64,000 nucleotides of DNA, from assembly GCA_964016885.1 (NCBI GenBank), contig OZ024743.1:324012001-324076000 (forward strand), read 5' to 3'. Below, piece after piece: positions 44,147 through 57,932 of this stretch (the stretch's first letter is position 1; every line of letters begins with the position of its first letter). Made by a program: the position numbers and the translations under genes. Source of the stretch: Eledone cirrhosa (lineage: Eukaryota). The notes below the pieces were generated by a model that ran no database searches, was not told the DNA's origin, and was given only the letters and a program-made list of their open reading frames with translations.

Positions 44147-45416
44147 ATTCCAAACATGGAAGCATGGCCTAGAATCAAAAGGCCTTAAAATTAACCTGTT
44201 CAAGACTAAAGATCTAGTTTGTAGGAAGGAAAATAGGGCACTGGTCCCATCTGGGAAATGGCCATGGTCAGTGTGTAGGAAAGGAGTAGGCAGAAACTCC
44301 ATTTTATGTCCCAAATGCAAAGTATGGGTGCATAAAAGATGTAGTGGGATCACAGGTAAGCTAACTAAGAATATAGATTTTACATGTGGCCGGTGCTCAG
44401 GTGCAATAAGTAGCAGCAAGTGCCCACAGAATACTAGCTCATTCCATTGCACAGATGGTTCTATAGAAATAGTGGACACCTTCCGTTACGTGGGTGACAA
44501 AATCAGCAGTGGTGGAGGGTGCTCTGAAAGTACAGTAGCTAGAGTCAGAACGGGATGGAAAAAGTTCAGAGAGCTTATACAGCTGTTGGCCGCTAAAGGG
44601 TTCTCTCTAAAAATGAAAGGCAGGCTGTATGATGCCTGCATACGAACAGCAATGTTGCATGGCAGTGAGACCTGGGCATTGTGTGCAGAGGATATACCCA
44701 GACTGGAGAGGAACGAAGCTTGCATGCTCCGTTGGATGTGTAATAGTAATATACGTGAACGGCAAAGCATAAATGAACTAAGGGAGAAATTAGGAATAAG
44801 AGGAATCAGATGTTGTTTACTCGAGAGAAGACTATGTTGGTATGGTCACGTGATGCGCATGAAAGATGACAGCTGTATAAAAAAGTGCAGGGCGATCAAA
44901 ATTGATGGTAGTTACGGAGTAGGTAGACCCAGAAAAACCTGGGACGACTTAATAAATTCCGACCTCACACACTTACACCTCTCCAAGACAATGTCACTAG
45001 ACCGAGATCTTTGGCGATACACAGTAATACAGAAGACCCGCCTTGCCTAAGTACAAAGCAAAACCTATAGTCAGTAGGCCCCTCTAACAAAAATACACCC
45101 CCGCCCCATCCACACCACCCCTTTTAATGTAAAGTTATGTTGGTACCACAACATCCAGTCCGAAATAAATGAGGTCGTGTAGGTGTCACGACAAAAAAAC
45201 ACAGTCCACGCTGTCATGTGGCCGTGTAGGTAACACGGTAAAAACCTCCCAGTCCACACTGTAAACGTGGTTGGTGTTAGGAAGGGCATCCAGCCGTAGA
45301 AAACCTACCAGATAGTCCTATACGAGCAAGACAACCAATCTTGCCTCAACTGGGAAAATTCCCGTCCAAACCCATGCAAGCGTGGAAGATGGACGTTAAA
45401 CGATGATGATGATGAT
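44147..45416 (+). mobile_element. 5'-truncated RTE LINE (same subfamily as 669-2833)
   Basis: ORF 44271-45050 is nearly identical to 1059-1781; 3'UTR and (GAT)n tail present. Confidence 0.93.
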
Positions 45417-46381
45417 ATATATATACACACACATACACACACACAGAGGACACTCATACATATATACATATTTGAGAGAGAAAGAGAAAATAGAGACATT
45501 TATAGAGATTGATAAATAGAGATATTTATTAAGAGAGGGGACATTTAGATAAACAAGCACACAGAGGGGACGTATATAAACAGAGATGAAACACTTGTAC
45601 AGAGGACAATTATATAATTGTTTCTACTTTTGGAACAAGGCCAGCCATAACCCAGTACATTACTAGTACTTTATTTTATCGACCCTGTAAGGATGAAAGG
45701 CAAAGTGAACCTCGGTGGGATAATGCTGATGCATAAGTAACTGGAAACACACATACACATTTACATATGCCATGTATATCCCACGCTTAGAATCAGTACA
45801 CTGTATCCCTGCATGTAGCATGAGTTTACTAAATGAGATAGCATCAAGAAGGGCATTTAACTGTAAAACATTGTCTCAAATCCATGCCAGTATGGAAAAG
45901 TGTATGTAAAAACAAGAATAATGATGATGATAATATCTATCTATCTCTCTATATAAATATATATGAGTCCAGAAATAGCCGTCGAAACGGCTTGCGCTCT
46001 GCCGTCGGGGTCATACTTTTTCCTATATAAATATATATATATATATATATATAAATCATCAGCATCATTTAATGTCCAGTTACCCTACAAGTAATGGTTG
46101 GATGGGTTTTCACAGACAGAGTCAGATAGGTCGGAGGTTCAGATCTTGCTTAGTTATGGTTCTACATTCTACTGAGTATGTTTTATTGTGGCACCAGTAT
46201 TACAAAGTGTCATGTCTTTGACACAACTGAAGGGTTCTCTTGACTCTTTGTTTAACAAGCTTTCTATAGCTGGATACCGTTCCTATTAGCAACCCACTTT
46301 ACAGCATGAACTGCGTGCATTTATCACTAGGGAGGCTTTATATGAGAGAGAGAGAAAGAGTGTGTGTGTGTGTATAAATAA

Positions 46382-46692
46382 AGGCACATGGCTTAGTGGT
46401 TAGAGCATTGGCCTTGCAATCGAAAGGTTGTGAGTTCAATTCTCAGACCGGGTGATGTGTTGTTTCATTGAGCAAGACACTTTATTTCACATTGTTCCAG
46501 TTTACTCAGCTGTAGAAATGAGATGATGGCAAAGTGGTCGTGGAGGTGCCACGGCAAAAAAGCACCCAGCACTCACTGTAAATGAGGTTGGTGTTAGGAA
46601 GGGCATCCAGCTGTAGAAATCAAGCCAGAATCAGTTCCCGTCCCACCCTTGCAAGCAGGGAGAAGCGGACATAAAATGATGATGATGATGAT
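46382..46692 (+). mobile_element. tRNA-derived SINE with RTE 3' end (small internal deletion)
   Basis: A and B boxes, CORE-like segment, (GAT)n tail. Confidence 0.88.
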
Positions 46693-47149
46693 ATATACAC
46701 ACATACAAACACATATATTTCAAATTCTGTCTAGGGATTCAAACCCCAATGACAGCCAGGACTAATAAACATTCATGGGAAAAGCAGACCTAAAATGATG
46801 ATGATGATAGGTTATCAGAAAAACAAGGCACATTTGTTGATGGTCAATGATACATTTATTAATACTTGATATTCTCTTAAACATGTTTCAATACATTACA
46901 TAACTGATGGCCTGCGAAACCTGTAATAGTATATAATTCAATATTTCACACTGCTTTATTGTTCTAAATCATATACATATATATCCAATGGTTTCGTTTC
47001 AGTATTATTATTATTATATATATATGATGATGATATATGTGTGTGTGTTTCTTTATATATATATATATATATATCCGTCTAACTCATGCTAGCGTGGAAG
47101 AATGGACGTAAAACGGTGATGATGATGATGATGATATATATATATATAT

Positions 47150-47626
47150 TTATATAAAATTAAGTATGTGTGTGTCTGTATATTACCTATAGGGGCCTAC
47201 ATCTTACGCCGATTTTCATGAAACTTTACAGGCTCATAGATTAGTCATCGGAGAGTGTTTTCTATATATCAGCCTATCGTTTTTTTTTATTCTGGGGTCA
47301 TTCTACAGATAAAAATCGATAGGGGGGGGGGGGGTCACCTTTTTTTAGGTATTGAAAAATAAGATTTTTGGCTCTAGCTCCCGCATTTTGCCACCGATTT
47401 CATTCAAATTTTAAAGCAAAGTAGAATTTATCATTGCACATCCTGGCTTTATATTTTGCATTTGTTGTTCAGGGACGGCGTGGCAGCCGCTTAAATATTA
47501 AAAAATACCATTTTTAGACTCAAATTTCCACATTATTCAACCTACTTTGTTCAAATTTTACACTACGAAAGATCTGATTATTTCATGTCTTAAAGTGGCT
47601 TTACATTTTGGATTTTTTGTTCAGGA
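47150..47626 (+). mobile_element. Possible non-autonomous Helitron/Helentron (DINE-1-like) fragment
   Basis: tatataaaat..gtgtgtctgt..ccgattttcatgaaacttt start, with subrepeats near 47394 and 47545; no 3' hairpin seen. Confidence 0.45.
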
Positions 47627-47679
47627 ATAACAATAATAATAATAATGACAACAACAACAATAATAATATACATATATGG

Positions 47680-48011
47680 AGGCACATGGCTTAGTGGTTA
47701 GAGCATTGGCCTTGCAATCAAAAGGTTGTGAGTTCAATTCTCAGACCGGGTGATGTGTTGTTTCCTTGAGCAAGACACTTTATTTCACATTGCTCCAGTT
47801 TACTCAGCTGTAGAAATGAGATGATAGGGGCTGGGGTCCCTATCATTCCACTGCAAAGTGGTCGTGGAGGTGCCACGCAAAAAAAGCACCCAGCACTCAC
47901 TGTAAATGAGGTTGGTGTTAGGAAGGGCATCCAGCTGTAGAAATCAAGCCAGAATCAGTTCCCGTCCCACCCTTGCAAGCAGGGAAAAGTGGACGTAAAA
48001 TGAAATGAAAT
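47680..48011 (+). mobile_element. tRNA-derived SINE with RTE 3' end
   Basis: Reverse complement of 29822-30160. Confidence 0.88.
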
Positions 48012-48069
48012 GATATATATATATATTTTTTTTTCTCGTGCAATGGCCATACTCGATAATGAGGGGGCA

Positions 48070-48103
<34 letters not shown>

Positions 48104-48739
48104 CTGTATGATGTTAGGAAGGGCATCCAGCTGTAGAAATCTAGCCAGAATCAGTTCCCGTATGAGCAAAGCATGGTCAGCCAACCGGACACTGCCCACA
48201 ACAGGACAACGGTGATAATGATGATTGTGTGTGTGTATATACACATATATACGATGACAAATAATGATAATAAATACTGGGTAACACAAATTCTTTTGTT
48301 GCCTCCATTTTATCATCCATTTCGCATTAGACTTCTTAAACATATCATTTTCTACATTATATATGCATATGCACACACACACAGACACACGCATATACAG
48401 CAAAAGGCACAGAAATTTTATCGCAAATTTTAATCTTATCCTTAAAAAAACATGAAATATTAATTCAAAGAGAAAAACATGAGAAAAGGTTTGCCAAAAA
48501 AAATTATTTTTATCAAATGTGAAACAAACCATGTTACCATAATTCTCTGGCACACATATACATACACACATATAAATGTATGCATGTATTCATACAAAAT
48601 CACAGTCATTACTTGCAATTGAGTATGACTTTACAGTACATTCCATGCCTTCTTTAAGGCTTTTAGGTGCCTGTGTGGTCATGAGCAGACACAGACAGCT
48701 TCTTGCTCCTCCTCCTCCTCTAGCAATATATCCAGCATG

Positions 48740-49915
48740 TAACAGCTGGAAGGATAGAGGGCTGCACTACCTCGTTCTTCACTATGTTATTCCATGTTTT
48801 CCTGGGTCTGCCTTTTCTTTAGGTTCCAGTCACTGGGGTTGCTCTGCATTGCACATTACATCCAATTCCTCTTATGCCAAGTTTTCCTCTCAGTTCTCTT
48901 ATGCTACGTCATCCATGCACACTAACATTACACATCCATTGGAGCATACTCATTTCATTTCTCTCCAGCCTTCACAGGTCTTCTGGTGTTCAGGCCCATG
49001 TTTCAGTGCCATGTAGCATTGCAGTTCACATTCAGGTATAATACAGTCTCACTCTAAGTGAGAAGCCCTTTGTTTTCAGCAGAGGTATCAGCTCTCTAAT
49101 ATCTTCTAACCTATTCTGTTCTTGGCTATCACACTATCAGTACACCCTCCCCACTGCTAATTTAATCGCCTAAGTAACAAAAGTTGTTGACAACTTCTAA
49201 GGAGCCTCCCTGCTACTCTCTTTGCTAAGTATACCTGGCACCCAGCCTCTCTTCTAACTATCTGATATTTCTCCCAGTCTCCTCCTTTCCTTCAGTCTCT
49301 CCAGGTTTGTCTTTTTGTTTTTATGGCTCTATCTACTTTATTGTTTCACCATCACATTACCCTCCATCTTACTAGGATCTTGCCCCAACCCCAAGCCTGC
49401 TTTGTAGCTTTCAGCAAGTTGTCCCATAGGAAACCTCAGTTTTTTTCTATGTTATTTGTCTCTATCTCCTCTTCCTTCCTGTCAAAGGTGTCGAGTAGGA
49501 TTTCTCTGTATTTGTTACCTGCAACAGGTTCTCTTAGCTTCCATATCTTCCTTCTCCAGACTGGCTTTTGTCTCTTAGTCTGTTTAGCACTTATTCTAAG
49601 ATCACTGACAACTAGTCTACGTTGGGAGGTACATTCTTCCCCAGCAAAGGCGTAGGCATTTACAACCATTTGCCTGTTCCAGTTCCTGGTGAGGATGAAG
49701 TCTATTTGGCTTGTATTCTCTCCTGATTGGTAGGTAATCAGGTGGTAGGCTGGTTTCTTAAAGTTTGTGATACAGATCATTAAGTAAAGAGCATTACAGA
49801 ACTCCAGAAGCCTAGTCCCTTCCTAATTGTCTGTGCCATAACCGTAGCTTCTATGTATGCCAGGAAATTCATCACGATGTTTCCCAACATAACCATTGAT
49901 CAGCTACAATCATAA
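48740..49915 (-). mobile_element. Old, internally deleted RTE LINE (APE and C-terminal fragments)
   Basis: TNFKKPAYHLITYQSGENTSQIDFIL..RRKIWKL is homologous to 21730-22060; 48900-49200 resembles the RTE C-terminal region. Confidence 0.8.
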
Positions 49916-49967
49916 GATCAGTCATCTGTCATTGAGGTAGTCCATAGGAGGGCCTGTATAAATGGTC

Positions 49968-50191
<224 letters not shown>

Positions 50192-50418
50192 TGTGTGTCC
50201 ATGTGTGTCAAAGGCATGACTACTGCTTGTGACAATAAAATGCACTCAGTAGAACATATGTTAGTGAGATATGCTTCAGTCGAGACTTGCTCTGTGAAGG
50301 CCTGTTCAACCCTTGCTTGCAGGGGAAGTGGACATTAAATGATGATATATATATATATATATAGGGAAGATATAGAATCTCGACAGTGAGCCCTTCCATT
50401 TCAACTTATATATATATT

Positions 50419-50451
<33 letters not shown>

Positions 50452-50467
50452 ACACATGCACATAAAC

Positions 50468-50512
<45 letters not shown>

Positions 50513-51209
50513 CACACACACACACATGAAATTTATAGATAAGCATAACACCCTTTGTAACTTCCTGTTTAGATATTTTGACTGCTGATGTTGCTGCACT
50601 GTCATGCCTTTACGTGTTGCTGATGTTACAACTATTGCACTACCATGTCTTCACATGTGTTGTTGCACTACCATCTCGCTGCAACTACTCGAAAAATTTT
50701 GTTCTTTAAATATCATGTCTCCTTAAAATATGATATTTCAGAGAAGCAATTATTGGTTCCTTTAGTGAAACACAACACAGATATGCATGTTAAACATTAT
50801 CTTGGCATGCTGGTTGCACGGATCATCATGACTCTCCCTCCCCATCTGTCTTGATTATCCATTGCTCATAGCAGGCCCTCTAGATTGAACTCAGCATCCT
50901 CATATAGCTGTTTGGTGTAGGTTCTGTGAGATCTGTCCACATTGAAATGCCTGAGCTTTTGGTAAAAAAAGTGTGTCTTATAAGCCATCAAATACAGTGT
51001 ATGTATGTTATCATCATCATCGCCATTCAATGTCCATTTTTCCACGCTGGCATGGGTTCAACAAGTTATCCTCTTGTGGGCAATGACAAGTCAGGTGACC
51101 ATGTCTTGCTCATACAGAACCGATTTTGTCTTGGTTTCTACAGCTGGATGCCCTTCCTAGCACAACCTCATTTACATGAGTACTGGGTGCTTTTTGTTGC
51201 GATATATAT

Positions 51210-51484
51210 ATTGGTCGTTTTGCAAGCCTCAACAATGCAGATGGGTAAATCTCCAGGTAACAGAATCAGGTGTTAATGAGAGAGAGAGATGCAAGAGGAA
51301 ATGTAGAATGAGACATAGAGGGTGTAGAGGAACGTTCCTCTTCGCCTCATTCTACACTTCCTCTTACATCTCACTCTCTCATTACCACCTGATTCTGTTA
51401 CCTGGAGATTTACCCATCTGCATTGTTGAGGCTTCCAAAACGACGAATTTTATTATTCCACAATGCTTCAAGCAAACTTCAACA

Positions 51485-51487
<3 letters not shown>
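51210..51487. mobile_element. Small foldback insert (about 100-bp inverted arms + tail) between TA runs
   Basis: 51210-51313 is the reverse complement of 51344-51448; tail to 51487; adjoins an RTE-UTR fragment (51010-51200). Confidence 0.65.
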
Positions 51488-51534
<47 letters not shown>

Positions 51535-51655
51535 GGAGGTGAGTTTTATTGTAGTACAATAAAGCAATGCAGATATCGGATAAGAAGCACTCTACAGTTT
51601 GTAGGACTGGAGTATGCATAATATAAGATCAAAAGATGGTTAAAGGAGTTCCATG

Positions 51656-51726
51656 TATTTTATTATGCGCATTTCAAAAACAAACATCATCATGCAATAA
51701 TATTTGTGTTTTCATCAGATAAAACA
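51656..51726 (-). ncRNA. Type I hammerhead in the PLE pseudo-LTR
   Basis: Inverted copy of 56233-56303. Confidence 0.8.
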
Positions 51727-52751
51727 GGAGAACATGATATGAAGGCTAAAAAACACTTGTGGATAGTGCAGTTTTAAATCTACATATGAAAAGTGGTTTT
51801 AGATTGATGTGTGATATTGGGAAAAATATTTTATTTAGAGAGGGGGGGGGGGTGGAAAGGATGAAAAAGGGGGAGGAGATGAGAGGGAGAGATGGGTGAT
51901 AGAGAGAAAGAGATAGCTTTTATAACTGAGAGGAGATATACTGTCCCACACAGAGAGGTTGAAAACCGTTGGAAGATAATGTATAAACCCCAAAAAATTT
52001 TTGAAAATCAACGAAAGGAGGATATGTGCGAGGAAAAAGTATTTTATTTAAGGAGGGGGGCTGGAAAGGATGAAAAAAAGGGGGAGGAGATGAGAGTGAA
52101 GGTGGAGAGGGAGAGATGGACGATAGAGAGAAAGAGATAGTTTTTATAACTGAGAGAAAGATACATTGCCTTACACAGAGAGGTTGAGAAACCGTTGGAA
52201 GATAATGTATAAATTAAAGGAATTTGAAAATTAACGAAGGGAATTTATGTATGAAGATAGAGAGAAGAAATAATAATTGTGGATGAATATTCTAACGTCA
52301 AAAAAAGGGTATGTTGTGGCAATTTCAAAATTAACGAAGAGAAAAATTATTAAGGTTTGTGTGTAGAAGGATTTGAGAAAAATAATGTGAAGTTAAAGTT
52401 TGTATATTGGAGGAATTGATAATATATGCGAATAGAGTTAATATGTATTAAGAATGAGTTCGTTGATGGGGAGAAAAAAAAATAAATTAAGGATGAAATT
52501 GAGATTAAAAAGATTTATGAGAGAGAGAAAAAAATAATGATTGCGGATAAATATTCTAACGTCAAAAAAAAAACAGATGTATATGTTATGAATGATTTTA
52601 CAAGGTGAAGATAGAGTGAGGGTAATGAGTAAACAAGTATTATAGAGTGTATAAAGCCCTTTAAAGTATGGTAGGAAGATGGGTATATTTTAAAGAGGTG
52701 TATGTATATGTGCCTTTGAGAAAAGATTCTAAATTGATAAAGAATTGAATA

Positions 52752-54617
52752 TTAACTGTATACTTTGTGAAAAGTTCTATGGAATTTATGCAGGCAGATG
52801 GAAAACAAATCTGTGCGTCTATTTATTATAGAATCTAGGTTAGAGATAATGGTAAATTTTTCATTTAGGCAGAGATTACAGATTTTAGATAGAGAGCTGT
52901 TCAAGTATGAGGATGCAGAAGAAATCTTCTTCCAAAAGATGGTATATTTAATGTTTTTGTCTTTTAAGGACCATATGAGTTCTGAGAGAGCAGTGTTAGT
53001 TCTTTTAAGTTTGTATTTGAAAGATGAATGATGATTATAGAGACAAGCTTTAAAAGAGGTGGAAGTGGAGCCAAAATAGGTGAAGGAATTGGTGCTAGTT
53101 ATAATTTTCCATTCATAAATTAAGTTTTTATCGAGACAATGGTTGTTGAGAGGACATTTATTTTTAATGCGGCAGTTGCAATTAGAGAGATTATTAATGA
53201 GTGATCTAGTGTTATCTATAGAAGGAATTGGATTGGAGAAGTTGTTTGCGATAGGAATAATAGGAATAATAGTTTCTTGATTTAGAGTTGGATTATGAAC
53301 ATTTAGCGAAGTTGTGTTTGACGTTGTATTTGGGTTTACAGAAGTTAGCCTAGGGTTTACAATGACGTCGGGAGTACTATTACTGTTATTATGAAATTCA
53401 ATATTGGAAGGAAGAGATTTAGTATTTAGTATTTTATTGTTGTGTTTAGAGATGATGTTGGAAATATTGGAGGATGTAGAATACGAAAATTTGATGGTGT
53501 GTTTGTTAAATATTTTACTATAGATATGTGAGGGAGGGAAGCATTTATTTAAGGCACTAAAAAATAATTTAGGAATATTGTTATTAATAGAGATGGAGAA
53601 AGGAGCATTATACCAGATTATGTTTTTGTATCTAGGTCTTTTATTAAAATTATTGGAATGGTCATGATTAATTATTCTACTGTAAGTTTTTCTAGAATTT
53701 GTTTCTTTACTATATTTGATTTTATCTGGATAGCCGGCTTTAGAAAGTGCGTTATTATAGTAATTGGCGTTAGCATCAAAGATGTTTTTATTAGAAGATA
53801 TGTTAGATATTCTATTTCCAATATTATTAACTATAGCATTCTTGATATTGGTAGGATGGTTAGATTTAAAGTTAACATAATTAAGGTTCTCATTGTTTTT
53901 ATGGTAAGGGTAATATAGGCCAGTGTCAAGATTAAGAGATACATCCAAGAAATTAGCTAGTTTGATACTATTATCAAATTCAATTTTTAGGTTATGTTGG
54001 TTAAAGAGATTACGTATATTGTTCTTAATAATATTAAGGTTAACTATATTGCAATTTAGGATAGTAAAGAGTCCATCGTCACGATAAATTCCACCGCGAA
54101 GTTGAGGAATTTTCCGACTCAAAGAGTTCAAAATGAAGATACCAATTAAATCAGTCAATTAGGATGAATCGGATGCTCCCATTGTGATGTCGAAGTTGTT
54201 AGAGGTATCGGCTCTGGTCCAATATTCGTTGTTGAACTCTAGGATGGTTTTACGTGCGGTGAGGATGATGTGAAGTTCATCTGTGGTGATGTCAGAATAT
54301 TTAAGTGCGAAAGATAGAGCATTATTGAGAAGTGAAGGCGAAATGGAGGAATAGTAGCTGGCAATATCAAATTGAATAAATTTTAGTTTGTTTTTATTAT
54401 CCAATTTGTTGAACCAGCCAATCACTTCAGAAGTGCCAAACCATAAATTTAGGTTCAAAGAAGAGCAATTAGAACTAACCTGTGGGATAATTCTATCCAA
54501 GATGGCTTTACTAACAACCCCCAGATCAGATTTAGAGGGGGCGATTAATCTAACAGGTAGTTCAGTGCGAAAATTGTTTTTGTGATCCTTGAGATTTATC
54601 CTCGGAGTTCTTGGGAA
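52752..54617 (-). pseudogene. PLE reverse transcriptase + GIY-YIG endonuclease (5'-truncated, one TAA at 54159)
   Basis: KDHK..PVRLIAP, FIQFDIASYYSSI, ITMGASDS, GGIYRDDGL, NFLDV, SNHP, IIWYNAPFS, CNCR..CPL..C, YFGST, CNLCLNEK. Confidence 0.9.
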
Positions 54618-56232
54618 CTGTAAACCCAAATACAACGTCAAACACAACTTCGCTAAATGTTCATAATCCAACTCTAAATCAAGAAACTATTATTCCTATT
54701 ATTCCTATCGCAAACAACTTCTCCAATCCAATTCCTTCTATAGATAACACTAGATCACTCATTAATAATCTCTCTAATTGCAACTGCCGCATTAAAAATA
54801 AATGTCCTCTCAACAACCATTGTCTCGATAAAAACTTAATTTATGAATGGAAAATTATAACTAGCACCAATTCCTTCACCTATTTTGGCTCCACTTCCAC
54901 CTCTTTTAAAGCTCGTCTCTATAATCATCATTCATCTTTCAAATACAAACTTAAAAGAACTAACACTGCTCTCTCAGAACTCATATGGTCCTTAAAAGAC
55001 AAAAACATTAAATATACCATCTTTTGGAAGAAGATTTCTTCTGCATCCTCATACTTGAACAGCTCTCTATCTAAAATCTGTAATCTCTGCCTAAATGAAA
55101 AATTACCATTATCTCTAACCTAGATTCTATAATAAATAGACGCACAGATTTGTTTTCCATCTGCCTGCATAAATTCCATAGAACTTATCACAAAGTATAC
55201 AGTTAATATTCAATTCTTTATCAATTTAGAATCTTTTCTCAAAGGCACATATACATACACCTCTTTAAAATATACCCATCTTCCTACCATACTTTAAAGG
55301 GCTTTATACACTCTATAATACTTGTTTACTCATTACCCTCACTCTATCTTCACCTTGTAAAATCATTCATAACATATACATCTGTTTTTTTTTTTGACGT
55401 TAGAATATTTATCCGCAATCATTATTATTTTCTCTCTCTCATAAATCTTTTTAATCTCAATTTCATCCTTAATTTATTTTTTTTTCTCCCCATCAACGAA
55501 CTCATTCTTAATACATATTAACTCTATTCGCATATATTATCAATTCCTCCAATATACAAACTTTAACTTCACATTATTTTTCTCAAATCCTTCTACACAC
55601 AAACCTTAATAATTTTTCTCTTCATTAATTTTGAAATTGCCACAACATACCCTTTTTTTGACGTTAGAATATTCATCCACAATTATTATTTCTTCTCTCT
55701 ATCTTCATACATAAATTCCCTTCGTTAATTTTCAAATTCCTTTAATTTATACATTATCTTCCAACGGTTTCTCAACCTCTCTGTGTAAGGCAATGTATCT
55801 TTCTCTCAGTTATAAAAACTATCTCTTTCTCTCTATCGCCCATCTCTCCCTCTCCACCTTCACTCTCATCTCCTCCCCCTTTTTTTCATCCTTTCCAGCC
55901 CCCCTCCTTAAATAAAATACTTTTTCCTCGCACATATCCTCCTTTCGTTGATTTTCAAAAATTTTTTGGGGTTTATACATTATCTTCCAACGGTTTTCAA
56001 CCTCTCTGTGTGGGACAGTATATCTCCTCTCAGTTATAAAAGCTATCTCTTTCTCTCTATCACCCATCTCTCCCTCTCATCTCCTCCCCCTTTTTCATCC
56101 TTTCCACCCCCACCCCCTCTCTAAATAAAATATTTTTCCCAATATCACACATCAATCTAAAACCACTTTTCATATGTAGATTTAAAACTGCACTATCCAC
56201 AAGTGTTTTTTAGCCTTCATATCATGTTCTCC

Positions 56233-56303
56233 TGTTTTATCTGATGAAAACACAAATATTATTGCATGATGATGTTTGTTTTTGAAATGCGCATAATAAA
56301 ATA
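56233..56303 (+). ncRNA. Type I hammerhead in the PLE pseudo-LTR
   Basis: Stem I UGUUUUAU/AUAAAAUA; CUGAUGA at 56241-56247; long AU-rich stem II; GAAAU-GCGC-AUA. Confidence 0.82.
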
Positions 56304-56333
56304 CATGGAACTCCTTTAACCATCTTTTGATCT

Positions 56334-56386
<53 letters not shown>

Positions 56387-56387
<1 letters not shown>

Positions 56388-56695
56388 CATATTAAATTTG
56401 AGTGAGAAACACTCTATGGGAGTATAAGCCAGATAGACAAAAAATATTTCAGTCAGTCTCACTTATATAAAGATCTCTCTATCATGGTTTCGTTTGTGGA
56501 AGAAATTTATTGGAAACACCAATAAATGAAGAATATCGCGGATTCTTCAATTATTGGTATTTTCAATAAATTTCTTCCACAAACGAAACCGTGGCAGAGA
56601 GATCGATATATAAGTGAGACTAACTAAAATATTTTTTTTGTCTGTCTGGCTTATACTCCCACAAATAGAGTTTTTCTCATTCAAATTTAATATGT
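56387..56695. mobile_element. Imperfect 310-bp foldback next to (TA)n, possibly an old inverted pLTR remnant
   Basis: catattaaatttga... / ...tcaaatttaatatg, paired through to a central loop near 56535. Confidence 0.6.
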
Positions 56696-56780
56696 AATAT
56701 TGCTTCTCTGATTGATATTTTATCTAAATATTTTATCCACTCTTTGAGATGTTTAAGTGTTAGAGACTAATTAACCTTTA

Positions 56781-56838
<58 letters not shown>

Positions 56839-57041
56839 GACTGACTCCAGTATTTAACGTGTTCTTTATTTAGCAGCCTGGAAAAGATGAAAGGCAAAGT
56901 TAATCTCAGCGAGATTTGAACTCCAATTGCAGAGAGCCAGAATAAAGACCACAAATAATAATATCCCATGCTATAATAACTCTTTCACTTCACTGCCTAT
57001 TGGTAGAAAATATAGATCTGTCTATTCATCTATCTGTGTCT

Positions 57042-57262
57042 GTTTAATACCCCGTAGACAGAACAACCCTCAACTGCAGGAGCATCTTGTGCAAGTGCTC
57101 CTTTCTCCCTTTTGCTCTCTTCTTCAACCTACAGGTTTATATACAGAGAAGGCCCAATCACTCGGGCCATTTTTGCCACATTCACCCACCTTTCAGTAAA
57201 TTTACTAGGGTGCAGTGCCTCTCTCTCCACTCTGATTCTCCTTCGTACCTAAAGAAGGGAAT
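57042..57262 (-). mobile_element. Diverged inverted copy of the Tx1/L1-like 3' fragment
   Basis: Reverse complement of about 57560-57790. Confidence 0.7.
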
Positions 57263-57366
57263 GAGTTGCTGTCTGCCAGTCAACCTGTCTATCTGACTGT
57301 CTTTCTTTCTATATGTCTGTGCCTGTCCATCTACTTATCTATCTATCTATTTGTCTATCTATCTAT

Positions 57367-57932
57367 GCAGAACAACTGCTGTCGCGTATGGGACAAATCC
57401 AGTTGACTGCCGAGTCCATAGTAAGGATCAAACCGCCAGCCTCTTTCAAAAACGAAAGAGAGGTGGTTTTCCTCTGTATGGTAGCTATGGTGAAAGAAGT
57501 TATATGGTGGACGAGGTTGAGAGGACTGAGGACAGATGCCTTTCTCTCCGGACAATTGATTCCCTTCTTTAAGTATCACTTTAGAAGGAGAATCAGGGTG
57601 GAGAGAGAGGCACTGCACCCCAGTAAATTTACTGAAAGGTGGGTGAATGAAGCGAAAATGGCCTGAGTGATTGGGCCTTCTCTGTATATAAAGCTGTAGT
57701 TTGAAGAAGAGATCAAAAGGAAGAAAGGAGCACTTGCACAACACGCTCCTGGAGTTGAGCGTTGTTCTATCGACGGGGTATTAAACAACCCATTTGTGGC
57801 GCCTCCCCCCTATTGGGGATTTTGATTGTTGTAATTGTTTGTTTTTATATTTTTTACACGACTGCATGTAAAATCCCCAGCATGTCTTTGTATTGTCCCC
57901 TTTTCTTGTGCGCCTTTGTGGCTAATAAAGAA
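57367..57932 (+). mobile_element. 5'-truncated L1/Tx1-like LINE 3' end in (TATC)n
   Basis: ORF end at 57666, T-rich UTR, AATAAA at about 57924, (TCTA)n on both sides. Confidence 0.65.

Larger units (their letters stand above)
51533..56342 (-). mobile_element. Naiad-type Penelope-like element with a 1.72-kb inverted duplication of its 3' part
   Basis: Minus RT-GIY-YIG at 54617-52752; arms 51619-53341 and 54618-56342 are near-perfect reverse complements; unique tail 51533-51618; TA tracts on both sides. Confidence 0.93.

Noticed and set aside
45962-46015. Possible hammerhead remnant (GAAACGGC..GCCGUC with flanking pairing)
   Set aside because: No recognisable CUGANGA box; too degenerate to call
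46382-46455. tRNA gene
   Set aside because: It is a SINE head: poor acceptor stem, continues into the CORE body and RTE tail, and is multi-copy
46900-46931. CUGAUGG-CCUGC-GAAAC-CU-GUA hammerhead-like string
   Set aside because: Core mismatch, no stem II and no convincing stem I
52752-54617. Selenoprotein-type Naiad (in-frame UGA at Cys)
   Set aside because: The internal stop is TAA at a Gln position, and no UGA was seen at the Cys motifs here or in the 16.6-kb element
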